A DNA stretch of 64,000 nucleotides. Source: a virus. Every line of letters begins with the position of its first letter. Within the stretch, counting starts at the first letter, position 1. The notes below the pieces were generated by a model. It was given only the letters and a program-made list of their open reading frames with translations. It did no database searches and was not told where the DNA came from. Shown piece after piece: positions 29,201-38,627 of this stretch. The stretch spans positions 32,001 through 96,000 of IMG/VR virus record IMGVR_UViG_3300045988_175722. One strand, given 5' to 3'. A program made the position numbers and the translations under genes.

Positions 29201-32200
29201 AAAACTGCCGAAAAATAAATCAGGCTTGATTAGCGGTGAAAATTGGAAAGTTGATAATAAGGGTTTCGTTTACCGCCAGGGTTATGACGGCAGAAAGATT
29301 TCTCCCTCTTCCAGTGACCCGCAAATGGTATTCAAACTTCGTGATTTGCTTTCTGCGTCTCGCTGGTACACAAACGCTACGCATCGTAGAGGCAATAAAG
29401 AAAAGGAAATTGAGAAGGCTTATGCGAATTGGGTTCCAGAAGGATATACTGATTATCCGGAAGAAAGTCCTGGCACTCTTGATAATAATGCACCCGATCC
29501 TGATGCTATCGCTGCTGCGAAGCGGGAGGCACGTGAACAGAAGCAGGCGTTGCGTGACCAGCAGCGTTCCTGGCGTGATGAGCTGAAGCAGAAGCAGGAC
29601 GAGGCGAGTGCTATCATGGATAACGTTCGCAACTTCTATGAGCGACAAATTAACGAGAAGCTATCCCAGGCAGTAAGCCTCGGAAGGGATGAGACAGAGC
29701 AGAAATTCTATATAGAACCGATAAAGAGACGTATGAATGAAGCTCTTGCTCAGGTGCGCCTTGCTATCGCTGGTCAGGCTAACACCTGGGAGGAGTTCAA
29801 GAAGACGATGGATAATGATCTTGTTGAGAAGACCGATGAGACTGGCGTGAATCTTTCTCAAAATCTCCTCGCTTCCATCCAAAAGAATAACGTCGATGCC
29901 CTGCGTGAGAAGATGGCTCAGTTGGGTAATAGTCTGAACCGCTCGATGAACTCCATCACGTCTGAAATCTTTGCCAAGGCTACCAAGAATCAGCAGAATA
30001 ATATAACGCTGGAGGCTCAACAGGCAGAAGCTCGGCGAAAGATAGCCCGAGAGCACAACTATACTGGAGCCGTGCAGCAGAGCATGTACGATGATTTCAA
30101 TCAGATGGGCTTCGCTAACCCAACCGGTTTTGAGCTAGCGGATGAGGAACGCGCAGAAAAACGCAAGGAGCATATCATCGCCATGTACGAGCAGGCAAGA
30201 AAGCAAATTGCCAACCTTTATACAGTTGATGTCAGCAGTAAAGAGGGTAGGGGATTGTTGATGCAGATGCTCTTTGGTGATGATCCTTATGCACTGGGTG
30301 CCCGTATTCAGAATATGTTGGGCGATAATGCGGAGGACTGGCATGTGTTCTATAATAAACTCATTCAGTATTCTGATGAATATACCGAAGCTCAGAAGAA
30401 GACCTTCGACCAGGCAAAGAAGATTGCCGAGCAGATGTGGAAGGTGAACCAGCGCAATCTTGCCAATCAGGAAGCCCTTCGCAAGATGCAGCAGGAAAGT
30501 GCGCTCTTCGGCAAGCGAACTAATATGTGGTCGAACCTTGGACTGGGTAATCTCACCGCTGACCCAGAGGTGGAGCTGATGAAGATGAAGATGCAGATGG
30601 CAGAAGATTACTATGCCTTTGTATTCAAGAACTCAAAGAACAAGCAGCTCCTCGATGAAGCTGACAAGGCTCGTCAGGAGGCAGAACTCGCCTACGTCAA
30701 CCAAATGGCTACGGCGATGAGGAACCGCCTTTCTCAGATGCAGCAGCTCGTGCAGCCTATCGAAACCTTCGGTGCAGAAGTAGGCAAGGCATTTGCCGAA
30801 ATGCGCAACGATGCAAAAAGCGCACAGGAGAGCATCAAGAACGCCCTGAAGTCTATGCTCGAATCGTGGGGTAACATGGCACTCAACGACGTGAATACGC
30901 AGATGTGGAAGGCTATCAATGATGCTGGCGCCAAGCGAGCCAAGAAGAAAGCACAACCTGGTATTGATGCAGCGAGAGCCAACGCTGATGCCAATGCCGT
31001 GAAGGAAGATTTCTCTCATCTCGGCACAAAGGCGAATCCGATGTATGTGCGACTGGTAGATGAGGGTGCATCTTATCTTACTCAGCAGCCGCAGTCTAGT
31101 TTCGAGAATATGAGTTCACGGCAGCAGCCTATCGGTTGGAATCCTGATGGCTCGCCTATCATGCCTGGCAAATCTCCTGTTGCGCCTGATAACACTCCCG
31201 TCGTGCCTTATGCGCCTACCGATACCAAGCAGCAGGGCACGCAAGAGCAGCAAAACGGTGCTCCTCATGCGTGGGCACATCGCAACCGAGACAATGCTAA
31301 TGCGTTCTACCAGGATGCAGCCACGCAAACGGGTGCAGCCGCAGCCGATGTTATCTCGGGCGGTAGCTCTTTCAATGATGCCGCAGCCGGTATCGCTGGT
31401 TCCTCCGTTGGAGGAATGATGAACACCGAGTTCAAAACTGGCGGCAAATCCAAGGAGGATAAGGAAAAAGCCGAGCAGTTGAAGAAGGAAAAGAAGCACC
31501 AGAAGGAGCTGAGTAAAGAGGTAAAGAAGGGCAACAAGGAACGTGAAAAGGTAACTACCCAGGGTGTTAAGAACATCACAGATGTAACCGCTGCCGGAAA
31601 CAAGGAGCAGAACGAGGGTACTAAGGTGACTTTGAATGCAGGTATGCAGATGACGGAAACGGCCCTTAATACCAACCTTGCAAAGACAAAGGAGAACAAC
31701 CAGGAAGTAACCGAGTCAGATGCCAGCCGCACGCAGGCTGAAATGACCTTCTCTATCGCTGGTGCGATGGCGAAGTGTTTCGAGTTCCTGGGTCCTATCG
31801 CTGGTCCTATTGCAGCCGCAGGCGTAATGGCCACCCTTATGGGCTTACTCCAGTGGGCACTCAACTCTGCCTTCAGCAGTGGCAAGAAAAAGAACACATC
31901 TTCTTCCACCAATACCAAGCTCACCTCCGGCATGCTTACCTACGATAGTGGTAACGTGCAGGATTTGAAGCCTTTCGTGGCCGATAATGGCGAGGTGTAT
32001 TGGGCAAAAGAGGATGATGGAAAGCAGATGCAGGGCGTGAAGATGCTTACCACTCCTACCGCCACCACCGTAAACGGGCAGCCGTCTTTGGTAGCCGAGA
32101 AGGGACCGGAAATCGTCATTGGTAGAGAAACTACCCATGCCATGATGATGAATAACCCTGGTTTGCTGAAAGCCCTTGTGAATTTCGACCGTAACTACTC

Positions 32201-32477
32201 AGGCAGAAACTCAGCAAGAAGGGCATTTGATAATGGCAACGTGGGTGATGTTCTTGCAGCAGGCACGCAAGCAGGCAATGGTAATCTTTCGTCTGGCGCG
32301 TCAGCGACAGGCGACCTGGTTACCGCAAGCATTGCAAGCAATGCGGCGCTTCTGCAAGCCGTGAATGCGCTCATTCAGCGTTTGAACGAACCTATCAATG
32401 CCAAGATTAATATGTATGGTCGTGACGGACTGCATGATAGCCTGAATAAGGCTAATCAGTTTATGAAGAATAAATAG
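26202..32477 (+). CDS. tail tape measure protein
   Basis: 2091-aa uninterrupted ORF. It is largely alpha-helical/coiled-coil in composition, with central hydrophobic segments and a Gly/Ala-rich C-terminal region. Confidence 0.85.
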   Translation: MAKNKTEAIITLNGQQPLQVLKQLQEAAAGISEQIDAAQAKLKNLKPNTDPYKTLDATIKDLKKQYDLLASAQIKDIAANERLQSVVDQLSNTSLRNLRRALGDGKRQLEGLSEAELEQANSIRAMMKEVGDEIRLLEGKYVKIKEGLKDVDEQSDQWLSKALTQQRELVSSLKKTDASYQSNLDTLKQLEAEEDRRKGKMSVWEATGIVNRKHASASDLRRAKTTLTEARDNTDLSDENKINSYNESLATIEKRLEAVSGKAQKASMDSITLLKILSNPNGHPAEDIKAAMDAIQKQIQKLPVGSQEVAKLRQQYAMLEKALKGTYLSHSQLNDVIERGRRGKASINELKQAYNQLSEELNQLNTKSKEFNEKQKELKDLKKNIDNATGSISQQSKSWQTAVKNLTAYVGLFQVFNAIKDTVTSAIKKNFEYSSSLTDIRKVSGLTMQDVNKLSEELAKIDTRTSVDGLAQLAYQGAKLGMGKYGVEGMKQFVAAADQINVAIGEEMGEEALPALSKMVETMGLIPKMGIEKAMLATGSAMFKLSSTSTSTSTNIVEFAKRLTGVSRTAGITTDQLLALGSASDSLFLMPEVSATAMSKFIVALQKNHNLIEKDLGIQQGTIKNMYAAGHAMDAIVLVLEKMRDKGNMNALGEIFKDLGSDGQRLITSMVTMSKNVDVLKDHLYESKEAFEEASAVTNEYKMQQQSAAGILDRANNLWEKAFVNPDGVESVKAMAQAWYDMSQMILQSPVFKNTLQAALWSVITACKVFITLLPLIANYFAALGIYKTVSFLWELGKALKAAAAAQTLFNSAAKVNPYVAIASAILTAVGVVWSFAEANREAAAAEAEATRKANSWKKTLNEAAVETSNLNKKLDNYKRMMNEANLSQKERQGLVSRFNRDFRSYIANLGIEIKNVKDLRDHYSELAQEAQRATYYRMREKAKQQALPKFDSDRNAASNVLMEKVRGLGLDKLGVSFQDIDRWVSKGASGTSVFWYLAKKLPKNKSGLISGENWKVDNKGFVYRQGYDGRKISPSSSDPQMVFKLRDLLSASRWYTNATHRRGNKEKEIEKAYANWVPEGYTDYPEESPGTLDNNAPDPDAIAAAKREAREQKQALRDQQRSWRDELKQKQDEASAIMDNVRNFYERQINEKLSQAVSLGRDETEQKFYIEPIKRRMNEALAQVRLAIAGQANTWEEFKKTMDNDLVEKTDETGVNLSQNLLASIQKNNVDALREKMAQLGNSLNRSMNSITSEIFAKATKNQQNNITLEAQQAEARRKIAREHNYTGAVQQSMYDDFNQMGFANPTGFELADEERAEKRKEHIIAMYEQARKQIANLYTVDVSSKEGRGLLMQMLFGDDPYALGARIQNMLGDNAEDWHVFYNKLIQYSDEYTEAQKKTFDQAKKIAEQMWKVNQRNLANQEALRKMQQESALFGKRTNMWSNLGLGNLTADPEVELMKMKMQMAEDYYAFVFKNSKNKQLLDEADKARQEAELAYVNQMATAMRNRLSQMQQLVQPIETFGAEVGKAFAEMRNDAKSAQESIKNALKSMLESWGNMALNDVNTQMWKAINDAGAKRAKKKAQPGIDAARANADANAVKEDFSHLGTKANPMYVRLVDEGASYLTQQPQSSFENMSSRQQPIGWNPDGSPIMPGKSPVAPDNTPVVPYAPTDTKQQGTQEQQNGAPHAWAHRNRDNANAFYQDAATQTGAAAADVISGGSSFNDAAAGIAGSSVGGMMNTEFKTGGKSKEDKEKAEQLKKEKKHQKELSKEVKKGNKEREKVTTQGVKNITDVTAAGNKEQNEGTKVTLNAGMQMTETALNTNLAKTKENNQEVTESDASRTQAEMTFSIAGAMAKCFEFLGPIAGPIAAAGVMATLMGLLQWALNSAFSSGKKKNTSSSTNTKLTSGMLTYDSGNVQDLKPFVADNGEVYWAKEDDGKQMQGVKMLTTPTATTVNGQPSLVAEKGPEIVIGRETTHAMMMNNPGLLKALVNFDRNYSGRNSARRAFDNGNVGDVLAAGTQAGNGNLSSGASATGDLVTASIASNAALLQAVNALIQRLNEPINAKINMYGRDGLHDSLNKANQFMKNK

Positions 32478-32582
32478 AAAATATGAAGAACGAGTAAAAA
32501 GAATAAATAGAAAACGATTTTTTGTTGATTGTTAGTTGTTAGTTTTAAGTTTTTATTAGGTTTTTATTAGGTTTTTAGTAAG

Positions 32583-32614
32583 GCTGCTCCGCTGTGAAGC
32601 GTGGCAGCTTTTTT
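32583..32614 (+). terminator. intrinsic terminator after the tape measure gene
   Basis: GCTGC...CGC-loop-GCG...GCAGC hairpin followed by TTTTTT. Confidence 0.6.
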
Positions 32615-33204
32615 ATTTGAATTTCTTCCTGGTCCCATTTTGCGACCAAGGGGAGAAATTAGTGGGCTTTTGATAACTCGCTGATTTTGTGGGCTTTTTG
32701 GTCTCAAAATCATATCTTGGTCTCATTTTTCCCCGAAATTCACTACTATATATAAAATTTTCCGTGTATTTTTTCTTCTTCCCAAAAACAAAATCCCCTA
32801 ACCTCAAACTAGAAGTTAGTAGCATTAACGGCTTTGCCGTAAACATCAGACAATAAGGTGGTTATGGGGATATAAGAGGATGGCAACTAGCGAGGGAAAT
32901 GCAGGATTTTCTACATATTTTCTACATATTTCAAATATATTTTTGCATTCCTGCGTACATTAGTTTATAGAAATTAATTAAAAAATGAGACCAAAAATAA
33001 GAAAATCGCTGAAAAACAAGCAGATAGCAAAAAATCGTAGTGGGCTAGCAGGGGGACAATGGTGGGTCAGCAGGGGGACAAAATACCCCATTTTTGCAAT
33101 TAATGGGCTTTAACATTTCTGCTAATAAAATTAAAATGGGACCAGAATGGGCAAAATGAGACCAGATTTCGCATCCTGGTCCCATTTTTGAAAAAATATC
33201 CTCT

Positions 33205-33238
33205 GCGCCCCCGTTCCCAGCGATTCCATCACTGGTTC
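33205..33238 (+). repeat. 32-nt hairpin motif, copy 5
   Basis: GCGCCCCCGTTCCCAGCGATTCCATCACTGGTTC, between the putative origin and the primase-like gene. Confidence 0.9.
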
Positions 33239-33325
33239 ACCCTCTCAAACCTATATTAAATGTTAAAAATATAACTTGTTTCAAATATTATATAGCTTAC
33301 CTATACTGTTTCCGATTTATTTTTG

Positions 33326-33333
33326 TATCTTTG
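33326..33333 (+). promoter_or_regulatory. possible -7 box TATCTTTG upstream of the primase-like gene
   Basis: A -7 consensus is present, but there is no TTTG at the 25-nt spacing used by the other promoters. Confidence 0.3.
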
Positions 33334-33366
33334 CAGCAGTTTTAGTACAATTAATATATATAAGGT

Positions 33367-34485
33367 ATGTTTGAGGAGATATGTTCCGTCTATCGGGATG
33401 CGAAGGATGCACTCGGAAGATATGTCGATATGGAGACGGGCGAGTGCATCACGCAGATGTCTATCCGTGAGTTCTGCCTGACGGACAGATGGAAGCCGTA
33501 TGTAGAGAAGCTGAGAGCCATGAGGCAACAGTATGGCAGTGCAGCTAAGAAGATGCCGGAATACGTAGATACCAAGAAGATGCTTCCTGGTGCCACGCTG
33601 AGCGGTCTCTTCGCTACCTACGAGGACAATAGTCTTACTCATCCAGGCCAGCGGGTGATGGTTTCCCGAAGAGAAAGCCACCTTCAACGGCATACAGGAT
33701 GGTTGGCAATAGATATTGACCTGCAAGACAACCAAGGTATAGCCGATTTCGAGAATATCCGCAGGGTATTGGCATTTCGCCCCGAGGTAGCCCTGCTGAT
33801 GCGTTCCTGTTCCGGAACGGGATTGTTCGGATTGGTTCGCTTGGCTTACCCTGACCATCACAAAGAGCAGTTCAAGGCATTACTGCAGGAGTATGCTGCC
33901 CTGGGCATTATGCTTGATGGCTCTTGTGGAAATATCGGTCGTGTGCGCTTCGCCTCATGGGATGATCCGCAGCATATATATATTAATGAACGTGCGATAC
34001 CATACACCAGACTACCCGATAATGTGCCTACGCCGATGCCCGTGATGCAGTATGGCAACACGTTTTTCAGTGGCAGCCATCCGACAGGTGCCCGCTTTGG
34101 CGGAAACTATTCGCATGGTGGATATAGGTGTGACACTCCCGAGATCACCTATCACAAAGCGCTGCGCCTTGTTGAGAAGATAGAGGCACAAGGCATTGAT
34201 ATTTGCGCAGGCAAGGATGCTAATAGTGGCTATCTGGGTTGGGTGAAATGCGGCATGTCGCTCTATCACGTGGATCGCGTGGCAGGCTATGACCTGTGGC
34301 GAAGAGTTTCCCGCTTCCGTCCTGCTGATTCCACCTGCGGCCACAACGAGATGGATTTTCGCAAGCGATGGAATCAGTTTGCTAATTACAACAAAATCTC
34401 TGAGGCAACTTTCTTCGACTACTGCAAGCGGTCGGGCATCATCCTCACCAAGGAAGACTGGAAAGAGATATACCAGAATACATAA
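33367..34485 (+). CDS. primase-like protein (BT4734/VirE-type N-terminal domain with PriCT-like C-terminal region)
   Basis: WLAIDIDL...LLMRSCSGTGLFGLVRL...GNIGRVRFASWD resembles the Bacteroides-type primase/VirE N-terminal domain. It is adjacent to the iteron-rich region. Confidence 0.6.
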   Translation: MFEEICSVYRDAKDALGRYVDMETGECITQMSIREFCLTDRWKPYVEKLRAMRQQYGSAAKKMPEYVDTKKMLPGATLSGLFATYEDNSLTHPGQRVMVSRRESHLQRHTGWLAIDIDLQDNQGIADFENIRRVLAFRPEVALLMRSCSGTGLFGLVRLAYPDHHKEQFKALLQEYAALGIMLDGSCGNIGRVRFASWDDPQHIYINERAIPYTRLPDNVPTPMPVMQYGNTFFSGSHPTGARFGGNYSHGGYRCDTPEITYHKALRLVEKIEAQGIDICAGKDANSGYLGWVKCGMSLYHVDRVAGYDLWRRVSRFRPADSTCGHNEMDFRKRWNQFANYNKISEATFFDYCKRSGIILTKEDWKEIYQNT

Positions 34486-34488
34486 AAA

Positions 34489-34521
34489 GCGCCCCGTCCC
34501 CAGCGATTCTATCGCCGGTCC
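34489..34521 (+). repeat. 32-nt hairpin motif, copy 6
   Basis: GCGCCCCGTCCCCAGCGATTCTATCGCCGGTCC, 3 nt after the primase-like gene stop. Confidence 0.9.
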
Positions 34522-34562
34522 ACAAGCAAAAAAGTTTTTAATACATTTAAAGATTATAGATT

Positions 34563-34849
34563 ATGGCAAAAAGAAAAGTAGAAATCCCTAAAGGGTCATG
34601 GCTTGACCAGAAAGGTCAACGTTGGGTAAAAGTAGTGTTCGATGTAATGTCCGGATTCGGGGGGGCAAAAAGTTCCTTCGTCAAATCACAATGACGTTCC
34701 CGGCAAATCTCGATATGGCTTTAGGCAAATACTTAATAGATATGGGCGATATGGATGATTTCAGAGACAGAATAAATCATCAATACCCATCATTGGAACA
34801 CCTTAAAAATCTCACCTTTATCCCTACGGGAGACAAGGTTTTGAGATAG
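34563..34849 (+). CDS. hypothetical protein, reading frame broken at a G7 tract
   Basis: The ATG at 34563 reads MAKRKVEIPKGSWLDQKGQRWVKVVFDVMSGFGG and then stops. With 8 G at 34659-34665 it continues as ...GKKFLRQITMTFPANLDM... (track ORF 34622-34849), giving 95 aa. Confidence 0.5.
34659..34665. repeat. G7 homopolymer, breaks the frame
   Basis: Inside ORF 34563-34849. In frame at 8 nt. Confidence 0.95.
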
Positions 34850-35006
34850 TAAAAGTAAATGACAGGTAGCTTCGGCTAAATTCATGGAACAGCCATTGGG
34901 CAATCACTGAATATCCATTGAACATTCACTGAATATTCAGTGGTTGCCCCGTGATAGTTCTATTACGTGGATTTTATATATAGCATATTTTACAAAATAA
35001 AAAGAT

Positions 35007-35616
35007 ATGAAACAGAAGATTATCGCAATTATGGGTCCATCTGGAGCAGGCAAGGACACGGTGGCAAATATCCTTTCCGTCGCCCTGAACATTCCCTTGC
35101 TTTGTTCCTTCACCACCCGTCCCATGAGGGATGGCGAGGTAAATGGCAAGGAGCATTTTTTCGTGAGGGAGTGTAAGACTCCCAAGGAGGATATGCTTGC
35201 CTACACCGAATATGGTGGCTACGAGTATTGGACGGAACTCGCCCAGGTAAAAGATACAGCCATCTATGTGATTGACGAAAGAGGATTTTCTGGGCATCTG
35301 CGAGCATTTTCCGGATATTGAACTGATGAGCATTTATGTGGCTGCCAAGCCCGAAACGCTGAAGGCTCGCGGTATTGCTCCTGAAAGAACCAACCGTGAT
35401 GAATATCGTGTATCGCTGGATATTAACTCCTTCGATTACGTTATCAGCAATAATTCGTCACTCTATCGTTTGCTGACCACTACGCTGAATGTAAAAAAGT
35501 GCATTCAAGCTGCCAACGAAGAAACGTCGAAGTATGAAGCAGAGGTGGAAGAGAGACTGAAAAAAGGAGGATTGGTAGCAAAAAACTTAATCCGCATTCT
35601 CAGCTCCTTCCTTTAA
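35007..35616 (+). CDS. guanylate kinase-like nucleotide kinase, frameshifted
   Basis: P-loop IMGPSGAGKDT and TTRPMRDGEVNGKEHFFV. The two track ORFs join as ...VIDERGFLGICEHFPD... if the T4 run at 35286-35289 were T3. Confidence 0.7.
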
Positions 35617-35685
35617 AAGAAACCATCTGTTCCGTGAAAACGAAAAGCAGATTTTTAATATATAAAATATCAAATAAGAAACAAT

Positions 35686-36582
35686 ATGAAAATGATAATT
35701 CCTGGTGTTGAGTGGTGGCCTCAGAAGACCGCTGCCCAGCAAATAGCCCGTGTGGGCAGGATTTGCTATAAGAGCAAAGTCAAGCAGCCTGATGAGAATC
35801 TTTCTGAAGACAAGAAAGATGAGTTTTTTGAGGAGCAGGCAGTAAAGTTGGCCAACCGATTCTGGGAGAGCGGGCACCGCTCCATGTATCGCCATGGCAC
35901 CCTCTATTTCTTCGTCAAGAACGACTCAAAGCTGCCAAAGCATCTTTGGTCGTTCCTCGTTGCGTCGCCATATATCAGCTATGCGGTGCAGGAAAAGAAG
36001 GTATGGATCAGCAGCAATATGCAGTTCCTCTGCGAGCATGGTAACTTACTTGAAATCCTGTCTCCATTCAATGTAAAGGAAGCCGAGTTTATCGAGAAAG
36101 CACAGAAATATGATTTCACGGATGCACTCTATATTCTCCGTATGACACTGGTCGTTACCACGCAGATCAGTACCAGCCGTGAGCTGAACCGCACGTCGCC
36201 AAATTGCATCAGCGAGCAGAGCACCCGTTACGTGAATATGGAGAAGAAGGGTGGCGTGCAGATTGCCCGTCCGCATTGGCTGCATGAGGGTACGAGATGG
36301 CAGAAGTTCCTCTATCTCACTGGCTGCAAGATTTCCGACTGGCTCTATCGCCGATTGCTGAAATCGGGCATGAAGCCGCAGGATGCAAGAGGCATTCTCC
36401 CTCTCGATACCTATACGGTGGTAGCCTACACTTACACCATCAGCGAGTGGAAGCATATCCTCGACCTCCGCTTCCGTGAAATTACCGGCAAGGCGCATCC
36501 TAACGCCAAGGAGATAGGCTATCTGATTCACCGTATCATAACCGAAAGAATGAAGGCTTATGATGAAGATTTTGCAATATAA
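35686..36582 (+). CDS. thyX: flavin-dependent thymidylate synthase (ThyX-like)
   Basis: GHRSMYRHGTLYF, the ThyX-motif-like SRELNRTSPNCISEQSTRYV, and ARGILPLDTYT...EWKHILDLR follow the ThyX pattern. Confidence 0.75.
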   Translation: MKMIIPGVEWWPQKTAAQQIARVGRICYKSKVKQPDENLSEDKKDEFFEEQAVKLANRFWESGHRSMYRHGTLYFFVKNDSKLPKHLWSFLVASPYISYAVQEKKVWISSNMQFLCEHGNLLEILSPFNVKEAEFIEKAQKYDFTDALYILRMTLVVTTQISTSRELNRTSPNCISEQSTRYVNMEKKGGVQIARPHWLHEGTRWQKFLYLTGCKISDWLYRRLLKSGMKPQDARGILPLDTYTVVAYTYTISEWKHILDLRFREITGKAHPNAKEIGYLIHRIITERMKAYDEDFAI

Positions 36583-36685
36583 TTCAGATGTGATAGCATT
36601 AGCCGTTAAGGGCGATTATGATTAATAGAACTTCTTATGTCTCTATTTTACGACGGTTTCCAAAATTGCAACTGTCGTAGATGGA

Positions 36686-36717
36686 GCCCCCGTTCCCAGC
36701 GATTCCATCGCTGGTCC
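36686..36717 (+). repeat. 32-nt hairpin motif, copy 7
   Basis: GCCCCCGTTCCCAGCGATTCCATCGCTGGTCC, 38 nt before the ATG at 36756. Confidence 0.9.
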
Positions 36718-36755
36718 GCAAAGAAAAAAAAGCAAAAAGGCAAAAACAAAAAACA

Positions 36756-37730
36756 ATGGGAACAAAAAACAAAAAACAGCAGCAGCAGGCTCTAGCCAAG
36801 CGTGAGCAGCAGATAAGAAACACGCCAACAATTTACACCTTTAATTTCAAAGATGTGTCTGCTGAGAAATATACCGCAGCCCTGGAAGCCCTCTTCTCTC
36901 ACCCCGATTTTGCAGCAGCCCTGCAACACCGCAACGAACTCGTGCGTGCTGCGAACCGCGTGCCTTCCAGCTCCCCACAGATGGGTGCCCTTATCAAGGC
37001 GATTCAGGAGAGAGATGCCAAACTCGCCAAACAGATGTATGGCTTGCTTGTACAGGTAAACCTGCGCAGCGAAGTGAGTTACGATTTCCTGAACTTCGGC
37101 CATCTGCTTCGCTACTACGTAGATTATTCTCAGCCCGATATGCAGCAGAAGGTAACGAGACTTTCCGACAACCTCAACAAAGTGGCGTTCCTCGCCGATG
37201 CACTGGAAAGCATCGTAAGACAGATTCAGGCTGATATGATGGAAATCTTCAATGGCAGCGTAGAGTTCAACCAATTTGATGCCGTGACCCAGGTACTGAA
37301 GCAGTTGGATGTCTTCTTCAACTTCTCCCGAACCAAGGACATCAACTCCAAGGATAATAGCCTCTATTGCGAGTATTCTGATAGCATCAACGCCTACGTA
37401 GATAAGCGCATGAAGACTTATTCCGAGAAATACCGCAAACTGCACCCTTCCCTTCCTGGCTTCACCCAGGAGCAGATGGTGGAAGCCATCAATCTCTTCT
37501 TCGGAGAAGACAAGAAGTTCAATGAGAGTTTCATCGCCAAAACCGAGTCAGGCGGCTGCTACATCGACGGTATGAAGCTCTTCATGAACCTTAATGAGGA
37601 GCAAACTACCAAGCTCGATAAGCTGGTACCTCGCCCGAAGGAAGGCAATAGCATGCAGAAATACTTCCTCAACGTCACCGATGCCATCATGCTCTACTAT
37701 GCCCAGCAAAAAGGCATCGCTCTGAAGTAG
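36756..37730 (+). CDS. hypothetical protein
   Basis: Start placed at MGTKNKKQQQQ, downstream of hairpin motif copy 7. The track ORF starts inside the motif. Confidence 0.6.
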   Translation: MGTKNKKQQQQALAKREQQIRNTPTIYTFNFKDVSAEKYTAALEALFSHPDFAAALQHRNELVRAANRVPSSSPQMGALIKAIQERDAKLAKQMYGLLVQVNLRSEVSYDFLNFGHLLRYYVDYSQPDMQQKVTRLSDNLNKVAFLADALESIVRQIQADMMEIFNGSVEFNQFDAVTQVLKQLDVFFNFSRTKDINSKDNSLYCEYSDSINAYVDKRMKTYSEKYRKLHPSLPGFTQEQMVEAINLFFGEDKKFNESFIAKTESGGCYIDGMKLFMNLNEEQTTKLDKLVPRPKEGNSMQKYFLNVTDAIMLYYAQQKGIALK

Positions 37731-37764
37731 AAAGCAAAAAGGTAAAAAGCCCCTTAACCCCTTT

Positions 37765-37798
37765 GCGCCCCCGTTCCCAGCGATTCTATCGCTGGTCC
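37765..37798 (+). repeat. 32-nt hairpin motif, copy 8
   Basis: GCGCCCCCGTTCCCAGCGATTCTATCGCTGGTCC, between the stop at 37730 and the ATG at 37822. Confidence 0.9.
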
Positions 37799-37821
37799 CT
37801 CATTCACAAACAAAGAAAAGT

Positions 37822-38553
37822 ATGCCAAATATATACCTCCGCCTTCCCACTTCCCGCTGTCAGTTCTTCCGGCACCGCGATCCCAAGCTCGTCCTATCCA
37901 AGGATGATCCGATAGTGTTCAGCAACTTCTCGCACGAGTACTTCATTATGAGAAATTCGCTCATCAATGCCCCAGCCCGCAGCAACCGCATCGACCTTTC
38001 CTGCTTTTCTCAGCAGCAATGGTGCAATATGCTCGCGGGCAGGCATCCAGCCGGAGGCAAGGTGATGATGCGCCGTGATGCCGGAAGCTGGCTCACCTTC
38101 CAGGAAGTTCAGCAGCTTAACGGTCGCCTTACCGATGGCAAGGGTACCAATGATGATTACCTCTGTATCCGCCTGCCCAGCGAAGTGGAGCTTGTCGATA
38201 CCGTTTATCCGGTAAAGCCTACCTTTACGCTCGATACCTATGGTGTCCGCGCATTGGTAGTATCGCTCAACAATGATTTCAAGCGCAGTCTCGTGGAATG
38301 GGCACTATCCACCTTCGATTTCTGCACTTCCAAGGGCAGGGTCATCGCCCGCTCCCATAACGCCATGCTGGAGCGCTATCTGATGCGTTACGGCATAGAA
38401 GTCAACGAGGAAGAGAAAGATGTATTGCGTCGCATCGTCGGCAGGTGGTTCCGCACGGAACACTGTTTCTTCAAGTCCTATTCCTGCATGGATATGCGGT
38501 TCAAGGATAGCCGTGATAAGCCAAACCGCATCGACGAAGTGCAGTGGATGTGA
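37822..38553 (+). CDS. hypothetical protein
   Basis: 243-aa ORF starting 24 nt after hairpin motif copy 8. Confidence 0.6.
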   Translation: MPNIYLRLPTSRCQFFRHRDPKLVLSKDDPIVFSNFSHEYFIMRNSLINAPARSNRIDLSCFSQQQWCNMLAGRHPAGGKVMMRRDAGSWLTFQEVQQLNGRLTDGKGTNDDYLCIRLPSEVELVDTVYPVKPTFTLDTYGVRALVVSLNNDFKRSLVEWALSTFDFCTSKGRVIARSHNAMLERYLMRYGIEVNEEEKDVLRRIVGRWFRTEHCFFKSYSCMDMRFKDSRDKPNRIDEVQWM

Positions 38554-38627
38554 TTTTATATCTTATATAATAGGTGTTAATTTACAAGATAATAAACGTT
38601 AAATAATTAATAAATCAAGGAAACAAT

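Larger units (their letters stand above)
32478..33366. other. ORF-free, AT-rich, iteron-dense region (putative replication origin)
   Basis: GGTC(C/T)CATTTT and its complement occur at least 6 times (about 32631, 32719, 32985, 33134, 33155, 33178). Other repeats: GTGGGCTTTT x2, (G)CAGCAGGGGGACAA x2, GTTTTTATTAG x2-3, TTTTCTACATATT x2. It is adjacent to the primase-like gene. Confidence 0.45.
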
